Assembly (NCBI GenBank): GCA_043228905.1
Contig: JBHGNT010000001.1
Location: 7,564,001 to 7,628,000, forward strand
Source of the DNA: Azolla caroliniana
Taxonomy: Eukaryota > Plantae > Polypodiophyta
DNA length: 64,000 bases
Direction: 5' to 3'
Shown here: in pieces, positions 59,975 through 64,000 of the stretch
Position numbering within the stretch: the first letter of the stretch is position 1
How the letters are laid out: every line of letters begins with the position of its first letter
The notes under the pieces: model-generated
Databases searched by the model: none
Seen by the model: only the letters and a program-made list of their open reading frames with translations
Told to the model about the DNA's origin: nothing
Program-made: the position numbers and the translations under genes

Positions 59975-62818
59975 TCAATCTTCTTGTATTGTCATAGTTG
60001 CATAAATGTTACTCATACAAATATATGCTGTGGCATACTTCTCATCCAATTGCATGGCATGTTCAAAGGCATAATTTCCTAGTTCCAGATTTCCACATTG
60101 TTGACAAGCACCCAAGAGAACAGTCCATATAGGAATATAATCATGAATAGGCATGCTTCTGATGAGTACAATAGCCTTGTCAAAGTGTCTCGCACGGCTG
60201 AAAAGGTCTACCATGCAAGTGTAATGCTCTAGGGTTGGGATTATATTGTAGTATGTGATCATTGTTTCAAAGTACATCTGGGCCTTGTCTGGTTGGCCAG
60301 AGTGGCTACATACATTAAAAAGAACAGTAAATGTGACCTCATCTGGCTCAATACCCTCTCTTAACATATTCTCCCATTGGTGAATAACAAATACATCATT
60401 GCCAATATGTGCAAACCCTGCAAGGAGAATTGTCCAAGAAACCACGTCCCGAACCAGAAGCTCATCAAATACTTGTTGCGCCTTGACAAGAGAGCCACAT
60501 CTTGCATACATTTCAACTAATGCAGTGCTGAGGGACATATCTAGTAAGTGTCTCCGCACAATCTCAACATGTATTTCTCTACCCTTATCAAGTGCTCCTA
60601 TGGAGCCACAAGCTTTTAAAATGCAAACAAAAGTGAATGGATTGGCTACGAGGTCATCCTTTGGCATTTTCTCGAAACAAGTTAGTGCCTCTTCACCATC
60701 TCCATGTTGAACATACCCAGCAATCATGGTGTTCCAAGGGACTATATCTCTACTTACAAGACTATCAAGCACTTCTTGTGCTTTTGAGAGGGAACACCAT
60801 TTTATGTACATATCCATCAATGCATTGCCAATCAAACTGTCTTTTTCCAGTAACCTCCCTTCCGTCAGAACCTGAGCATGTATTTCTTTACCCTTTTCAA
60901 TTGCTCCAAAAGTTGTACATGCCTTTAAGATGCTGCAAAAGATAGATGCATCTGCCAACAACCCCTCGTTTTGCATTTGTAGGAAACAATTTAATGCCTT
61001 TTCATAATGCCCATGTTCGGAATAGCCTGAGATTATTGCATTCCAAGTGAATACATCTTGACACAAAAGATCATCGAATGTTTCTTGTGCTTTTGTAAGC
61101 ACGCCACATTTGGCATACATATCAACCAATGCATTTCCAACCAAATTACCCCTGTCTAGAAAACCCTGCCTAACCATCTCTCCGTGTATTTGTTTACCTT
61201 TTCCAATTGCTCCTATGCTACTGCAAGCTTTCAGAATACAAACAAAAATGATAGGATCTGGAGAGATGCCATCATGCTGCATCTCTTCATAACAGTTCAA
61301 TGCCTCTTCAATGCACTCATGTTGGGTATACCCTGTGATTAGTGACGTCCAAGACACGATATCATGGATTTGAAGTTGATCAAATACTTTTTGTGCCTCA
61401 GTAAGCACACCACACTTTGCATACATATCCACCAATGCAGTGCCAATCAATGCACTTTTCATCAATATCTCTTCTTTGATAATCTTGGCATGTATTTCTT
61501 TGCCTTTATCAATGGAACCTATGCTTCCACAACATTTCAGAATACAAGCAAATGTATAGGCATCTGGGAAGAGAGCTTCATGTTGCATCCGTATAAAGCA
61601 CTGTAGTGCGTTTTCATCATGTCCATATTGGATACATCCTGCAATCAATGCATTACAAGATACCACCTCTTGTATTGTAAATTCATCAAATACTTCTTGT
61701 GCTTTTGAAATCTCGCCACATTTTGCATACATATCAACTAGCCCAGTGGCAATGAACATATTTTTTCCTAAACAATCGTGTTCAATAACCTCAGCATGTA
61801 TTTCCTTTCCCTTTTCTAATTTTCCTAAACCACCGCATGCTTTCAAGACGCAAACAAAGGTGACTGCATCCGGACAGAATCCTTGGTTTCTCATGTTGAT
61901 GTAATGGTTCAATACTTCATCTCCATATCCATGTTGGGCATATCCTGCAATGAAGGCATTCCAAGAGACTATATTCAAGTTTGGAAGCCCATCAAACACT
62001 TCTTGTGCTTTAGCAAGTTCTCCACATTTAGTATACATATTCACTAGTGCATTGCCAACGAGAACATGTTTTTCAAGCAAACCTTCTTTCAATATCTCAG
62101 CATGTATTTCTTTTCCTTTTTCAAATGCTCGGATGCTACAACATGCTTTCAAGATGCAAACGAATGTGACGACATCAGGGGAAACACCTTGGCGTTGCAT
62201 CCGATCAAAACAACTCAATGCTTCCTCACCAGGACCATGTTGGGCATATCCTGAAATTAATGCATTCCAACAAACCACATCCTGAATTGGAAGCTGATCG
62301 AACACTTCTTGTGCTTTTGACATTGCACCACATTTGGTATACATATCAACCACCGCTGAGCCAAGCAAGATATCTTTTCCTAACAAACCCTCTTTGATGA
62401 CATGACCATGCATTTCTTCCCCCTTTTCAAGAGATCCTATACTACCACATGCTTTTAAGATAGCAAGGAATGTGACCGAATTTGGCGAGATACCATCGTG
62501 AACCATCATATCAAAACAATGCAATGCTTCATTACCTTGTCCTTGCTTTGCATATCCTGAGATCAATGCAGTCCAGGACACCACATCCTTCACACAAATC
62601 TGATCGAACACATCTCGTGCTTTGGAAAGTGCCCCACATTTGGCATAAACATTGACCAAGGTGCTTCCAACACATGCGTTTTTCTCTAGGAGCCCGTTTC
62701 TAGTGATTTCAGCATGTATTCTCTTGCAGTTGTCCAGCTCTTTTTTGGGAAGACATGCCTTCAATAGAGCTATATAAGTTGTGGCATCATCATGAGGTTT
62801 GTGGTAATGGCTAGCCAT
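59975..62818 (-). CDS. PLS-class pentatricopeptide repeat protein with an E-type C-terminus and no DYW domain (947 aa)
   Basis: Intronless ORF with about 8 PLS triplets, HYTCMVDLFSRA and IWTVLLGACQQCGNLELG. The frame stays open upstream (EEDEEEE..SQQLS) to a possible CATAG acceptor, so a 5' exon may exist. Confidence 0.95.
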   Translation of the reverse strand: MASHYHKPHDDATTYIALLKACLPKKELDNCKRIHAEITRNGLLEKNACVGSTLVNVYAKCGALSKARDVFDQICVKDVVSWTALISGYAKQGQGNEALHCFDMMVHDGISPNSVTFLAILKACGSIGSLEKGEEMHGHVIKEGLLGKDILLGSAVVDMYTKCGAMSKAQEVFDQLPIQDVVCWNALISGYAQHGPGEEALSCFDRMQRQGVSPDVVTFVCILKACCSIRAFEKGKEIHAEILKEGLLEKHVLVGNALVNMYTKCGELAKAQEVFDGLPNLNIVSWNAFIAGYAQHGYGDEVLNHYINMRNQGFCPDAVTFVCVLKACGGLGKLEKGKEIHAEVIEHDCLGKNMFIATGLVDMYAKCGEISKAQEVFDEFTIQEVVSCNALIAGCIQYGHDENALQCFIRMQHEALFPDAYTFACILKCCGSIGSIDKGKEIHAKIIKEEILMKSALIGTALVDMYAKCGVLTEAQKVFDQLQIHDIVSWTSLITGYTQHECIEEALNCYEEMQHDGISPDPIIFVCILKACSSIGAIGKGKQIHGEMVRQGFLDRGNLVGNALVDMYAKCGVLTKAQETFDDLLCQDVFTWNAIISGYSEHGHYEKALNCFLQMQNEGLLADASIFCSILKACTTFGAIEKGKEIHAQVLTEGRLLEKDSLIGNALMDMYIKWCSLSKAQEVLDSLVSRDIVPWNTMIAGYVQHGDGEEALTCFEKMPKDDLVANPFTFVCILKACGSIGALDKGREIHVEIVRRHLLDMSLSTALVEMYARCGSLVKAQQVFDELLVRDVVSWTILLAGFAHIGNDVFVIHQWENMLREGIEPDEVTFTVLFNVCSHSGQPDKAQMYFETMITYYNIIPTLEHYTCMVDLFSRARHFDKAIVLIRSMPIHDYIPIWTVLLGACQQCGNLELGNYAFEHAMQLDEKYATAYICMSNIYATMTIQED

Positions 62819-64000
62819 AGAAAGCTGTTGGCTTTCTTCTTCTTCTTCTTCTTCATCTTCTTCTATGCATTGTCCTCAAGTCTCCACACAGAAATCTACA
62901 TTCTCTATGCTGGATGTGCATAGTTTCAAAGCCCTTTTTCTTAGTACCTCCTCTTAAAACTAATTAAGTCCTGCGAGGCGAGGTTGGTAAGCTCCATTCA
63001 GTTCTCTCTTGAGTCTCTCGGAAAGATCGCTTTCCGGCGACTATTCTTGGAACTCATTGGAACTAGCAATCTTTGTTGATAGGTTGTCACTTGGTCGGGT
63101 TCATGAAGCTCTCTCGGAATATATAGCATATTTGGTCTGTTATCGGCAAAGGAAGGTTTCCTCGAAGGTTCAAACATCCGGTCTCTTATTATCTCTTGGC
63201 AAAATTGAGTCTTGTGGTTGATTCATTGTTTCCAATAGTGGTTGATGTGTAGTGTATTATTTAGATTTTGGCCTGGGACTCACTAAGGTGAAGCAATCAC
63301 TCTTTTAAATATTGCTGAATCTTGGCATATTTGTATGAAATTAGGCTTATGCAAAAAACAATCCGTGAGGATAGCTATGAGGAGATGTGCAAGAATAGTT
63401 GGCTTTTGCGAACTATTTTGGGAGAAATGTTATAGGGACAACAATGGTTACTATGGAGACAATTTATAGACTCCATGTGGAAAAGGTGTTAAGTGATTGA
63501 AGGTAGCTTTTGGTGCAGCCAACACAAAGGCAATTGATTGATTGCGAGTAATCTTCACTAAGTGCAAAAGATAGCTAGCTCACATGGCACTGACATGGCA
63601 ACAAGTGATTGGTTGGTCGCAAAAATGTATGTGCAATAAGGTTGGACCAAAGTATTTGTAGAACACTAACCAAATGTGCAATTTGAAGAAGTGGTTTAGA
63701 CTATTGCCCAACTACCCAAGTATGAAACGAAATCGAGTAAAATTCAAATTTATGGTCCCACATAAGATTGTATCCAATGCCTTAGATTTACAAGACGAGT
63801 GCTTTACAACTAACCTATGTATAGAAATAAAGAAATGACTTAATTGTTGCAACCGTGATTTCTTTCTTTGAACATAGTTTGTTTACCAATGTTTATATTC
63901 AGGTTGTTTAGAAGATAATACATGAGAAATTGTCCCCTTATTCACTAACGGAAATTTTCATCGCCCACTTATTCAACACATTGTTATACTATGTTATTAT

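Overview
Repeat-rich eukaryotic nuclear DNA from a land plant. The style of the PLS-class PPR repeats suggests a fern (inference). Bases 1-31 kb are a nest of decayed retroelements: three Ty1/copia elements joined without matching TSDs, an L1-clade LINE carrying two solo-LTR insertions with clean TSDs, further LTRs of one copia-associated family, and LINE 3' fragments. Three host genes look intact: a very long two-exon AP2/B3 (RAV-type) transcription factor (~1051 aa, 47305-50675) and two intronless PLS-E PPR genes (56892-58583 and 59975-62818, minus). Several PPR pseudogene fragments are also present. The most unusual object is a 1310-bp non-coding element at 1068-2377. It has TG...CA ends, an ACGAT TSD and 110-bp terminal inverted repeats. 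It is built from two outward-facing LTR-like arms, each preceded by its own polypurine tract, with no recognisable PBS, a perfect heat-shock element next to a TATA box, and a tRNA-like relic. A second, unrelated LTR also carries a tRNA-like Pol III A/B-box module. All coordinates and mismatch counts were read by eye, and no database searches were possible.
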